DNA of 56,126 bases, counting the filler, from Asterionella formosa (Eukaryota), in the NCBI GenBank assembly GCA_002256025.1. It is 5 parts of 5 records of this genome, joined end to end, with 100 filler letters (N's around TTAATTAATTAA, not from the genome) between each part and the next. Parts side by side here need not be neighbours in the genome. Positions count along the whole stretch, not along the records: positions 1 to 11,156 come from NKIB01008784.1; 4 more parts are not named here. The stretch is one strand, 5' to 3'. Under the pieces are notes generated by a model that worked only from the letters and a program-made list of their open reading frames with translations, did not search any database and had not been told where the DNA came from. How positions within the stretch are numbered: position 1 is the stretch's first letter; each line of letters opens with the position of its first letter. Positions 1 to 11,256 of the stretch are shown here, piece by piece. A program made the translations under genes and the position numbers.

Positions 1-813
1 CAGATACACCGTCATAAGCTTTGTTAGCCATCCAACCTTGTCACACACTTCTGTAAATTTTTCCAACATATTGTGGTATTTTGATATAGGTACCTGAACA
101 CCAAACACTGTTTGACCAGACTTCCAGATCATGTCGATTTCAGGAAAATTGAAGTTTTGCGTTACATACATTCCATCCATTGCCATGATTTTTTTCGGTA
201 ACTCATTTGAGGGAAATGTTTCAATCAGATTGTATTCGTCCAAAGACAAAAACTCTCCAAAGCAACATTTACATTGAGTGAAAAGCGATTCATCGCAATG
301 AGCTCAAAAATCCAACCATGACCATGTGCATCATTTTTCAATGTCCTTCCAAAAGAAAATGCAATAGCCTACTAACCCCAAAAGATATAAAGGCTTCAAT
401 TTATTCTGTGATACAATCAAACTCCTCCTTTCGTTTCTCATCTCATAACTTGTTAAGAGAACATAGAATTGAGGGCAATTCATGCCCTTCATATTCGTCA
501 ATAAAGACTTGAACGAGATCAGATACCTCACTCGCAAGGGGACCCCACCAGTCACCTCCTCAATTGCCTCTTCTAATGACTTGTTCAAATTATTGTCATA
601 ATCAGGTTGATACCTCCTGTCATTCTCATCTTCGCTGTTGCTTTCTGTTCCATCTTCACTTTCATTTTCCAAAGCATCCACAATCTGTGCAATTTTTTCT
701 GGTCGTCGGATCTTCATCATTTGACTTAGAGTGTCATTAAGGTTGCGCTTTGCTGATTTCAGTTCATGTTCGTCCAACCGATTTTGTGCTTTCAACAATT
801 GCAGTTTATACAC
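1..813 (-). pseudogene. Frameshifted Crinkler (CRN)-like gene remnant with C-terminal PD-(D/E)xK REase-like motifs; runs off scaffold edge
   Basis: Manual minus-strand translation of 1-200 gives MYVTQNFNFPEIDMIWKSGQTVFGVQVPISKYH, matching the N-x-P-x-I-D...Q-V-x4-H pattern. Upstream are HGWIFE (~300-325) and, in ORF 331..813, EEVTGGVPL. These motifs lie in different frames. Confidence 0.5.
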
Positions 814-1369
814 TCTATGTTCCTATATATCACACTACAAAAATTGTTCCACATGAACTGCGAGCTGAGCAGCATCAGATCCATTGATGATTCCATTTGT
901 TGCATTAGCTTCCCAAGATTCACCTTGAGTTGACATAACATCGTTGGGAGGTAACGTCGCTTTCCCTCTGTTGATCTTTTAATGGAAGCCAGCAAAGATG
1001 ATGAACTCCACAATAATCTCGCCTTGACATCATGTAGACTGAGGGTCGAGGGCTGATCATTCAAGTGCACAACTGCGCTCTGTATCTTCGAATAACAGCG
1101 CCGTAGAACGCCTGTACAGGGCCGTCCAGTCCCTCCTCTGTATTGTCCTCAATAGGCTCTGACTGCTTTAGTTGAGGCCATCAGGGTCAATTTGAACACA
1201 ATGATGTGCATGTGTAGTATGAGTAGCAGCTGTCACGGCAGTGTCATCAAGCCAACTGATATCCGTGTACTAGAAAAAAAATAATTGGTGGTTTATATGA
1301 AGGCTATGTAGGCTAGGGTTTAAGGGTTTAAAAAAGAGGGGGACGAAATATCTTTTTCCTATATATATT

Positions 1370-1470
1370 GCCATACCGGTAATTATTCTGGCTTTTGTCA
1401 TGCTAGATAAAATCTGCAATTATAATTCGATATGCCCCATATTGCCCTTAAATAAAAGTTACTTAGAGTG
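1370..1470. repeat. Dispersed ~100-bp repeat, probably a DNA-transposon terminal region; inverted copy at ~45255-45355
   Basis: 1425-1468 ATTCGATATGCCCCATATTGCCCTTAAATAAAAGTTACTTAGAG is nearly the reverse complement of ~45259-45302 CTCTAAGTAATTCTTATTTAAGGGCAATATGGGGCACATCGAAT. A partial second copy lies at ~1521-1556. Confidence 0.75.
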
Positions 1471-1735
1471 TAAAAATTAGGTAAAAGTGGTACAGTGGCA
1501 ACACAATAGATGAAGCTAAAGTTGCCCTTATATTGCCCTTAAATATTGATTACTTAAAAGAAACCAAAGATTATTGGATCACCACGAGTTCTCATCGAAA
1601 GCAAGACGATATCTAAAACGTACGTGCGTGTTTAAAAATATGGTATTCAGCCATACTCGACTCCACCAAGGACAAACTTTGTGAACGATACGACCGTTCA
1701 GGATACAAAATCCGGTGTGCAAATTGACAACGACG

Positions 1736-2683
1736 ATGAAGCACCTTGCGGTATTCCTTCATCTCTTGGCAGCCTCATCTGCAGATGGCTTCCGCCCGAT
1801 TTCCGGCAGGAGCAGTAGGCATCCATTCTTGTTGCATGCCAAACAAAAACGAGTTCCCAAATCATGGAAACAGCATTTTTCGGCATTGGCACTTGCCACT
1901 CTTGCCTGGCGATCTCCGTTGACAGCTCAAGCTGCAGCCAAGAGAGTGGCGCCATTGGTCAAAAGGAAAGAAACAAGGAGTGTGGCTACTAAATATTATG
2001 CACCCATTGTTACTGCGGGGACTGCTGGTGTCTTGGTGGGACGTCGAGTGCTCGAACGAATGAAAACATCCCCTGACGCGGAACTAGACGACGTCATGGA
2101 AACCGCAGCGGAAAACAACAATACTGCAATCGAGGGGTCTGCAGATCTTTCGATAGCTCGAGACATCGTCAAGCGAGAATTGGCAAGAATGAAGGACGCT
2201 AAGAGTAAAATCGATCTCAACAAACGTGCTAATACGTTGGAACCTCCAAAGAAAGTTCCAGCTCCTACTACAACTGATGATCTACTTCTATCGAATCCAC
2301 CCAAGGCAAGTCATTTGTCGTCTTATCTCGATCAATTGAATACAAATCAGCCAATAATGAAGAAAAGCATCCCTGTTGCGGGATATTTGGACTCTCTCCA
2401 AACTCTTGATCATGATGAGACTGTCGTTGTAATGGATGCCCCTGTAGTTGTAGAGGCTCCAATTGCCATTGACGAGTCCATCGTGTTTACCGATGAAGCT
2501 CTTGTCGAGTTTGAACCTGACGAGCCCATGACGGTGAAACAAAATCGTCCTGTCGACTCTCTAGAGGAAATGGCCCTGAAAGCCAAATATGCAGCTATCG
2601 AGAACATTGGAGAACGAACCTACGCCGTGTTGGTAGATTTGGGCCTGGCGGGGAAAGAAGACTATTATGATGACGATGAGTGA
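1736..2683 (+). CDS. Plastid-targeted (possibly thylakoid-lumen) protein of unknown function, 315 aa
   Basis: ATG at 1736 lies in ORF 1715..2683. Signal peptide MKHLAVFLHLLAASSADG is followed by F (ASAF-like), then a basic Ser/Arg transit peptide, then a second hydrophobic stretch ending in AQA. C-terminal motif LKAKYAAIENIGERTYAVLVDLGL. Confidence 0.75.
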   Translation: MKHLAVFLHLLAASSADGFRPISGRSSRHPFLLHAKQKRVPKSWKQHFSALALATLAWRSPLTAQAAAKRVAPLVKRKETRSVATKYYAPIVTAGTAGVLVGRRVLERMKTSPDAELDDVMETAAENNNTAIEGSADLSIARDIVKRELARMKDAKSKIDLNKRANTLEPPKKVPAPTTTDDLLLSNPPKASHLSSYLDQLNTNQPIMKKSIPVAGYLDSLQTLDHDETVVVMDAPVVVEAPIAIDESIVFTDEALVEFEPDEPMTVKQNRPVDSLEEMALKAKYAAIENIGERTYAVLVDLGLAGKEDYYDDDE

Positions 2684-3179
2684 ACTTTTTGACAAGCCAC
2701 GCTTTTCACATTTAAATACAACGGTATTTCCAATTGGCAAGTCACCTGGAGCACACACTGAATGAGAAAATACTTTGAAAGAAGTGCATGGAACAGGCTA
2801 ATAGTCAGCTACTTATACAAAGTGCTAAAATAGATCGACATATAGACTAGTATGCATTAGCTGAACTAGAGTGCATGAGCTTTAGGATTGTAGAATGCTC
2901 TTTTTAGCACGAATGAGAAAATGCCAATGTCTGAATCAGGTATAGGAGTACCAGGTAGTATCAGCTGGTCAAGAAAACACCGTAAATCGATGATGTAAAC
3001 AATTTTCGGACATCGTAGAAAAGGCTCTAAGCAATACTCCTACATCGTTGCAAACAATGCATCAAGGTCGAACAGTTAAGTTGTCACAATAGACTGTCAT
3101 CGCCGCTTAAGATCTAATGATTTTATGACCCTTCCGCCGCGAGTATATACCAGGGTACCTTTCTTCAATACTGCATTGT

Positions 3180-3490
3180 TTTGTATTTCAAAATATTCGT
3201 CGTTGCCACATCCAAAGTCTGCTTCCCATCGCATATTCCCATCGTTTTGGATATGGCAACTGATGGCTCAGCGACAGGGCGCTCAACTGTAGTTTACTCG
3301 AGAGAAGGACTACTGGAAGGCTCCTGTGGAAGGGGCCACCGACGCGTTTCTTTTCTACTAATCAGAATGCGCATTGACAAGAAAGGCCATCTGTTGCGAG
3401 ATTGCCACTTGTAGCAACATAAGCATAAAAAGTCCGCTTGAACATGATTAAAGCTGACAGATCTGTATCGGCGCAAAGTTCACGAAATAG
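3180..3490 (-). pseudogene. Degenerate tandem paralog of the 3677..4228 gene (5' UTR and start shared)
   Basis: 3436-3487 GCTTGAACATGATT..GCTGACAGATCTGTATCGGCGCA..CACGAAA aligns with 4219-4272 GCTTGAACATGATT..GCTGAAAGGTCTGTATCAGCGCA..CACGAAA. Both begin MFK. This copy is then frameshifted, with a residual PQEPSSSPS Pro/Ser stretch. Confidence 0.5.
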
Positions 3491-3676
3491 GCATGAGATA
3501 TCTAAATATTCTTGATCGCACACAAGGCAGTATAGCAATTCATTCATCATCGTTTTTTAAGCTATTACAGAAGGGAGACTCGAGCTTCGTAGAGAGATAT
3601 TTTCTGGGTATAACAAGGTCAATCTAGCTTGTTTCTTCACATGTAACGACACGAAGTAAAAACTCGAATACAAAAA

Positions 3677-4228
3677 TTAAAGTAAGGTACGACCGCGAGC
3701 ACCTTTCTTCAATGTTCCAGTTTTTTCATCCTTCATAACATTCACATTGATAGTCTTCGCGCTCGGTCCCGTTGCTCCGCTACTTGGTGCTTTCGTTCCC
3801 GTTCCCATCATGCCACCATTGCTCATCATGCCAATTGATGCTCCACTAGGAGCCGTGCCACTAATTGGGGCACTACTTGGAGATTTCGTTCCCATACCCA
3901 TCATGCCACCCATAGCAGTTAATGAAACAGGAGCCAGGGTAGTTAGAGAAATTGGTGCTACAGTGACAGGGAGAAGTGTATCTAGTGTTGGTGCAATAAC
4001 AGGGGCGAGGAGATCTACTGGGGGGGCGACTGGGGTAGAGGAAAAAGGGGGAAGGGTATCTGGTGTTGGTGCATCGGCAGGGGAGATAAGAAACGACACA
4101 GGTGGCGCCGTTTCTGGTGTTGGTACATCAGCTGGGACGATGACGGGAAATGACAGGGGGGGCGCCGTATCAAGAGCAGCGATGGCTGCGACACCAACAA
4201 AAAAAGCTGCAATGGTGAGCTTGAACAT
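3677..4228 (-). CDS. Secreted Pro/Thr/Ser-rich low-complexity protein (cell-surface/extracellular-matrix type), 183 aa
   Basis: Signal peptide MFKLTIAAFFVGVAAIAA; repeated TAPP/VAPP/VAP units; duplicated GGMMG(M/T)GTK(S/A)PSS; basic C-terminus ending RGRTLL. Confidence 0.75.
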   Translation of the reverse strand: MFKLTIAAFFVGVAAIAALDTAPPLSFPVIVPADVPTPETAPPVSFLISPADAPTPDTLPPFSSTPVAPPVDLLAPVIAPTLDTLLPVTVAPISLTTLAPVSLTAMGGMMGMGTKSPSSAPISGTAPSGASIGMMSNGGMMGTGTKAPSSGATGPSAKTINVNVMKDEKTGTLKKGARGRTLL

Positions 4229-5201
4229 GATTCCTTTGCTGAAAGGTCTGTATCAGCGCAGCGTCCACGAAAGTGAGCAAGCGTTAGCACGAGAGAGCTG
4301 ATCAAAAACTAGGACCGGTACCACGGCAACTAATCGACTATCACTTTGTTTTCTCACTTACTATTCCTTTTTGAGGAGATTGTGTGCGGATTTTTTTACT
4401 TCTCTGTGAAATTCTGCATGTTTAGGCTGTTCACCAACTGCAGGAAGTTCGACAAGGAGGAGACGACTGGTACCAGGTACTACCCGGTGTGAATAATGGT
4501 ATACTGGTATTCATCACAAAAATTGAAAAAGGATCTTGAAGATCCATGGGAGTCAATCTGAACCCGACCTGATGTGCTTTGCTGATTACGCCCTCATTAA
4601 GAATCATTTGTCCGCCTGCCGTAACAAAGCCGTCTATAAGATGGACTGCAATTGTTCCCCAATTTTCAATATAGAGCCAACAAAGGAGTTAAACTGAATT
4701 GGCCTCCTCGTTTCATCCTATGTTAAAATATACATAATGGAGGTGTAAAAATAATACCGGTGTATGTAATAGATTCATTTATTTATATAGTAATTAAAAA
4801 CCTAGTATTTAAAGTGTATACAATTTACTATAACATTTTCTGGACAACAACGATGTGAAATATTATTACATATACCAGTAACGTCTATAGTGATGTGCAA
4901 TAATCACGAATCTCCTGTGGCGGAGTTGTTTATAATCGCGCCTTCCTCTATGTACTACATAATTTGTTTGGCTGGGATCGCTCATATTCAGTATCAGAGA
5001 ATATTTCGTATCGTCGCCTGGGAAGCATACTACCTGGTAACCTGGTACTGGTACCGTACGCTATGGTGGCTGATTGTTGCAACCTGTGATGTTAAAGAAA
5101 ATAGTAGGAAGACGAAAGCCTATGTATGCATCGATTGTTTTTTTGTTTAATAATTAACAGTGGAAATTGTAACCGTCACACGAAATTGATACAGCAACAG
5201 T

Positions 5202-7170
5202 TGTTATAGGCATGGCTGGGTCCGATTTCTGGGGCCACCAGGTAGACTCCGAACATAATAGAATTTTTCCTCCGGCATGTCGGGTACGGAACTGTGTACT
5301 AGTAGGAGTGAATACTTAAGGAGATTGCTGTCCACCTTTTCCTGTAGTAAACTGATCAATAATTTTATAGGTCTAAAATTATCGAAAACCCTGACCCTAT
5401 TGGTTTACTCAACAAGAGAACAACCTCCCATGTACAAGATATTTATATCTTGTGACGTTTTTCTGACGTCATTTTTCATTGGCTTCCATTAGACTTTCCA
5501 TGGTTGTATTTCAACTTATTTCCAAATTGTTCATTGTTGCCAACTGCCATCAGTTGCAATTATTCTTTGACTTTCAATCAGCCAATCTTTAGCTAGTCTA
5601 AGCAATCTCACAATTTCTAGAACTTACTTTCAAAGTACGTCGTTTAGATTATCCTTAGACTTTAGTCTGTTCTCATACATTGAGATACCTATTATTGCAG
5701 GTTATTAGAGCCCTCTTCCGTTTCCATCATCAACGTTCTATCCAAGTCTTCTTCCTTCCGCTTGCAAAGATGATTACACCCACACCTTCCATCTCTGGAA
5801 GCATCGGCAGCGCTCGCCCTTTTGGTCCCCTTCCATGATCCCCGCCTGCTCTCTCTGTTTGTCATGTCTCTACCCCTCCTGGAACCATCACCAAACTCTA
5901 TCGCTACCTCTTCTCCTCCACTGCTCCTGCACTTGCCGTTCCTCCTATCCCTCTGGTGGTCAGTTGTTTGGATTACCCCTGTGGTGCAGTCGTTCACTTC
6001 TTCTCCACCCCTACTGCTTATCCTCTTCTTGTCACTGTTGTGGCCATTGACCGGGATGATCCTCTACAGCTTCTCTACACTGTTCGCCGCTCCGATGGCG
6101 TTCTTATCGACACTGATTCTCGTTGTCTTCGCGCCCTTTCTGCTCAGCCTGTTGCCTTCTCAGTCGACATGTGGCTGTTCTCTACTCCAAACACTGTTCC
6201 TCGCCTCTCCTGTGCATTGTTCAGGCTGCCGATCACCCCAACTATACGCTCCGCACTCCTGACGTCCAGCTTATTCACACTGTTTTCAAACACATCAGCC
6301 TTGACCTCCACCACGCTACCCTTGCCCCCCTTCTTCCTGGCCCTTCCCCGATTGACTCTTTCTCCAATTTTTCTCTCAGGACGAAGCAGGTCCTTTTGTC
6401 TGTTCACCACCTCTCGCTTTGGGATCGTCACATCCTCACTGTCGCACCCCCTCTCGCTACATCCCTCTTCGACGGTTCCCCCTCTTCCATGCAGGATCTT
6501 CAATGCCAACTTGGCGAATTTATGACCATTGAACATTTCCATCATACGGGTTTCCTCTCCATCCCTGATGTCCGTGGTGTACCTCGCGATATTTTTCGTG
6601 ACTCCCACTCTCTTGTTCTTGGCGATTTTGAACGTGCCGAGGCCAGACTCCTCGCTGATACTTCTCCATCTGGTCTTGCTCTTGCCAAACTTTCTACTCT
6701 GCTTTTTCTTAAGCTACAAAATTTATGTAACCCCATCTTCCAAGCCACTCTCCGCAGCACATACAAGACTTTTTATGGGACCTCTTTTCTCCTCTATTGC
6801 AATAAGTACACTGAACATATTGCTAAGGATTGTAATAGAAGAAAAACAAAGGAAAGAAACAAGAAACTGGCATGTTTATTGGTATTGTTAAAAAAATCGA
6901 GTCCATGATGAAAGTGTGATAGCTACTAATTTCGAAATCATTGACTTGACTACAACAAAGAACAAGAGGGATTTTGAATATGAACATTTTGAAGACAGTG
7001 AGGTCTAGTACACTAGTACATGCAAGAAGGAAGAACAAACAGAATATGCATTTATTGGAGTGCCAATTGATATTGTGGATGAAGGAATCAATCAAGCACA
7101 TCAGCCATGCAAGCATCAAAATCAGTGAAAGAAAAATTTGCGGATCAAGTGATGAAAATGAACATTAGTT
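5202..7170 (+). mobile_element. Degenerate LTR retrotransposon (Copia-like) 5' part: candidate LTR 5202-5699, PBS-like 5700-5713, frameshifted gag
   Basis: A TGTTATAGG...ATTGCA segment is followed directly by GGTTATTAGAGCCC, which resembles Copia tRNA-Met PBS sequences. Then comes C/T-rich coding-like sequence split over three frames (ORFs 5822, 5956, 6123) and a broken zinc knuckle YCNKYTEHIAKDC near 6795-6835. No 3' LTR is present to confirm. Confidence 0.45.
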
Positions 7171-7489
7171 AGCAAAATACTACTACATGTACAATGCATA
7201 AGTAATATTACCGGAGGTGTCGAATTTATGTGCCTGCTGGCGCCAAATTTCAGTTTCGGCTAGCTACTAAATGACTGCATTTGCAGGTACTGCGTCTATT
7301 CATACTGGTTGCCTGCGAAGGCAGTCTACACGTACCCCTGAGGGAGTTGTGGTAAAAGACGGTTTTTCCTATCTAAAAAAAGCTAAATTTCTCGTTTTAC
7401 CCAACTTGCTAATAATAGGTTAGCTAGTACAACGACATTCATTGGGCCTAAAATTACATAGAAAATAATGGTCCAATATATATGGCAAT

Positions 7490-9485
7490 AATTTTTATAG
7501 AGCATTACTAGTTTTATCCTAGTAATGACAAGATTGTATTGTTCGTTGCGCTCCATGGCCCATAGCTAGAAAGGGCAATGGAGGTTTTTGTGGTGGTCGC
7601 ACTCCTTCGTTTAGCTACTTCTAGTAGGAGTTGGGGGAAAAATTCTTGTATTTAGGTTCTGAAACGGGCCGGGTTCCTTGAACCCGCAGAGGGATCTTGC
7701 GGGTGCGTTACAGGCCTGGATTGTGAATGTTGTTTGTCGCATGGTGAGCGACTCTTGCCGTTTTTGGGAGTGTTCTTGATGGCGCTTCCCATCGACTGGA
7801 CACATGACTGAAATGCTGTGTTATTGTTTGTTGTCCCATGGCTGCCATTTATCTTGAGGCCGCTATGAAAAATTCGGCCCTGTCCAGGAGCCTCCTTTCC
7901 TTGTTGTTCCTGGATTGCAGCATTGTGTCTAGATCTGTGTTAAAATTGTGTTTATCTCAGTTGCAAAGTCTATTTTGTTTCATAATGATATATAATACAA
8001 ATTTTTCATTTTGAGCTGATTGCGCGATATCTTCGTGTTTCTCTTTTTGTAAATCTTCGTTCCTAGTAGCCTTTCATGATCCCTGAGCGAGTGAGCGAGT
8101 TTCCATACTAGGTTAGAGATAGCCGCCGTTTTCGCGCAAATCTTGCTTGTAGCCCTTGTCTCATGGATCTCTCCCGCTTGCTGTCCTGGGGCTTCCCGCA
8201 ATTTGATGCTCTTCTAGCCTCCTAGAGGAGTTACTAGTTTGGCGTCCAACCTCCTCCTTTGCTTGATGGCTTCAGATGCTGTATTGGAGAAGATAGCTAT
8301 GCTGGAAACTTCCCAGCTGTCCCTGCATGAAATGTTTCACCTGTGCTAGCCAGACTTTTGTAACTTTGTGGCCTCCCTGGTTCTTGAAAATTCTAGCTGT
8401 CAGCGCAGTAATTCTCCAGCGTTGATGGAAAAGAGCTTTGTTGTCGTCCTGGCACATCGCCCATCATATGTTCATTATGTTCTGCAAGTCCGCAGTATGG
8501 AAAAGCATTGTTGCCATTTTCTATTAGCTTCCTCCTTTTTCCACAGGGAAGCACCCATGAATATGTTTTGTTATAAACGCCTTCGTTGGTGTGGTATCTT
8601 GGGAGTCACACGCTGTAGATAGACTCCTGCTTCTCCAGTCAATAACCCCCCTCATGGTGGGCGTGAATTTATAATTTTTCTAAAATAGGTGTCATATTGC
8701 TTTGTTTGTATCTTTGCTCTGCCTGATGGGGGACCATCCCACTCCAATTTGTACTTGTACCCCCTTGTTTATTAAACTCGCCTGCATTGCATGAAATGGG
8801 CCAAGTTGCGTATAGGGCCTCCATCCTCTGCTGTATGCTGGTATTTTGCTAGGAACTCAGCCAGTGACAAGGCAAATCATCTGCTTTACCATTAATTGCT
8901 GCTTTTGTACGATAATTTTGATGAACTGTCATTGTCTTGATGGGCTTTAATCCACTGGATATTTGTAGATATCCGGAGCCACTTGATGATTGCTGCTATT
9001 TAAGAAATAATATCCACATTAGCTGGAGGTTGTCCTGGATGCCTTGACCATGAAAGAAAGTGAAGTCTAGCCAGTGAAGCGGCACTGTCGCACCAGAGGA
9101 GGTATAGTGTTGATGTTGTGTTGATCTTGTGAAACAAATAAAAGAGGATATGAAAAGAGGGCTTGATGCAATCCCAAACAGTTCTGCACGAATTGAACTG
9201 CTGGCTCTCTTATCGCCATCTTATGGGCCCGAACAGATGAATCATGGCTACTGTTTCCCTAATCTTTCCGCTAGTCGCAGGTAACACCAAAAAGAACTTT
9301 GGCTGTCAACTAACAGAGGAGAGCCATCTGTCGCTCAATGTATCAATATATGTATGATACTTTTTTGCCAAGTGTAAAAGCAAGTTTACAAAAGACTACC
9401 TATCGGCACAGTACTAGAGCGCTGGCTGATTACAGAATTTGATGATATTCAGCCAAGCTCCAGGGACCTCCGGGTCTTCCTGATT
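7490..9485 (-). mobile_element. 5'-truncated, decayed non-LTR retrotransposon (Ambal-like diatom LINE): RNase H, CCHC region and 3' UTR
   Basis: Minus-strand motifs in the expected order: ATDGS (~9330), GP.DG...SSIRAELFGI (~9170-9230), LWCDSAASL (~9070-9100), IQWIKAHQD (~8935-8965), CGLAEHNEH (~8465-8500), then the conserved 3' tail at 7490-7606. Many stops and frameshifts. Confidence 0.8.
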
Positions 9486-9489
9486 GTTA

Positions 9490-10360
9490 ATAATTCCTAA
9501 AAAAGACTGATTCACCATGACGAAAGGCGCTATCCAAGCGGCCAACCAAGTAAAGAAAGAACAAATCATTCAATTGGGACAGAACCATAAGATAGTAGGG
9601 ATGAAATCCGATAGAAGCAAGAGAACGCAGCCAGAAAGAGGAGGAGGAGATGGAAAAGCAGACAAAGCGTATTACAGAAGCCGTGAAAGACGGCAATAGC
9701 ATGAATGTTGATTTGGCATTTGACACAAGCACTACAGTTGGGTAATTCATGGAAATGGTATCAACACAACGCAAACAGAAGAAGAACAGGGCAAAGACAG
9801 CAACAAGAGAAAATAAAAAGAAGAATCATGTTAAACTCTTTTTCACTACAGTGAGCGCTATTACAGTGCAAGAAGAAGAATACTAGTAGAATGGCGATGT
9901 GCCAAACATTGATAAGAACAAAGAAGAAGACAGAGAAATGAAGAAGTCATCTATGAAGAAATTGCGTCAGAGCTGGATGTACTGCTCAAAGCAATAAATT
10001 TTTGTGATGACAAAGACAATGAAGACAATAAGAAGACAAATACAAAAACAATGAGTTGGAAGCCCTGGAATTACCAATTGTTATGGATACTTCAAATTGA
10101 ACCAACAGAAGTGGGGCCAAAATGGAAATCTTTAATCCAATCCACACTCACCATCCAATTTTCCTGCTGAAATGAGACGTGCAGTCATGATAGAGAACTG
10201 AACCAAGAACAAAGCTACCACAATTTTTTAAACTACTTCCACACAAGGAAGTGACTACCACCCAAACCTTTCCACTGCCCCACTTTATATGGGCCATGGA
10301 GCGCACTGACGGCAACTCTAGAAATAGAATAGTACTAAGAATGCGCTATAAAAATGATTA
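9490..10360 (+). mobile_element. Short, internally deleted LINE derivative with the same 3' tail, tail-out relative to the 7490-9485 copy
   Basis: An A/G-rich decayed ORF1-like start (MTKGAIQAANQ..., 9517) precedes 10245-10360, which is a diverged reverse complement of 7490-7606 (core TATGGGCCATGGAGCGCA...ATGCGCTATAAAAAT). Confidence 0.6.
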
Positions 10361-11156
10361 CTACACAATAACAGTATATATATGATGTGTAAAAAGACCA
10401 ACTAAAGTCGCCCTTTCCACAGGCTTGTCTTGTCACGTGCTAGGACTAGGAGGTTGTACCTGGGTACACAGCTGTGGGTATTTTTGGCATTTGGCATTAC
10501 TACTAGGCCAAATCTGAGACCAGTATGCTGGTCTCGTCAGCACCTGGGTGGGTGGGGGGGGGGGTTTAATTAATTATCTGTCCAACACTTGTTGCTCCAA
10601 AAAATGAGCACTGTCCTGTATTGTCTTTTCAAGTGCAAATTAGGTCTGGTAATTCTTGAGGCTGAGAGCGGAGCTACTATGTAGGGGGGTGTTACTGCAG
10701 GTGATGAACCCTTGCCCATTCTCTGTTGCTCCTGTGGATATAATATATTTTTAGGAACCCTAACCCTGGACTCTTCCAAGATGTACCTTCTGAAGCTAAC
10801 TAAGTGTTAGGGTTAGGGTCTATTTTTATTTGTAAATGTGTACTAGACTACTGGTAAACACTTTGTAATAATTGCTGAGTGGGAGTGCTCGTCGTTGTTG
10901 TTGTAACAAAGGGTCTGCTACTGGTACCTGGTAGTACCAGGTACGGTACTATGATATAAAGATGAATGAATATTTATACGGGTGTATAAAAACAGTAGTA
11001 CTGGGCTGTATTCCTGCTCCAGAACCCTGGTACCACCTAAAAACTGAGAGTCATACAAACTTTCAGTTTTGTACTGATAGTCATAACAAAACGGGGTAAT
11101 CACACGGTTTGAGACGAATATTTGTAATATTATAAATCTGTATTAGACAAAGTCTT

Positions 11157-11256
11157 NNNNNNNNNNNNNNNNNNNNNNNNNNNNNNNNNNNNNNNNNNNN
11201 TTAATTAATTAANNNNNNNNNNNNNNNNNNNNNNNNNNNNNNNNNNNNNNNNNNNN
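11157..11256. other. Artificial scaffold linker
   Basis: 44 N + TTAATTAATTAA (stop codons in all six frames) + 44 N. Confidence 0.97.

Noticed and set aside
3747..4301. Antisense 184-aa ORF
   Set aside because: Shadow of the low-complexity minus-strand gene. The same applies to antisense ORFs over COPG, DLST, PYC, RPS12 and the LRR gene.
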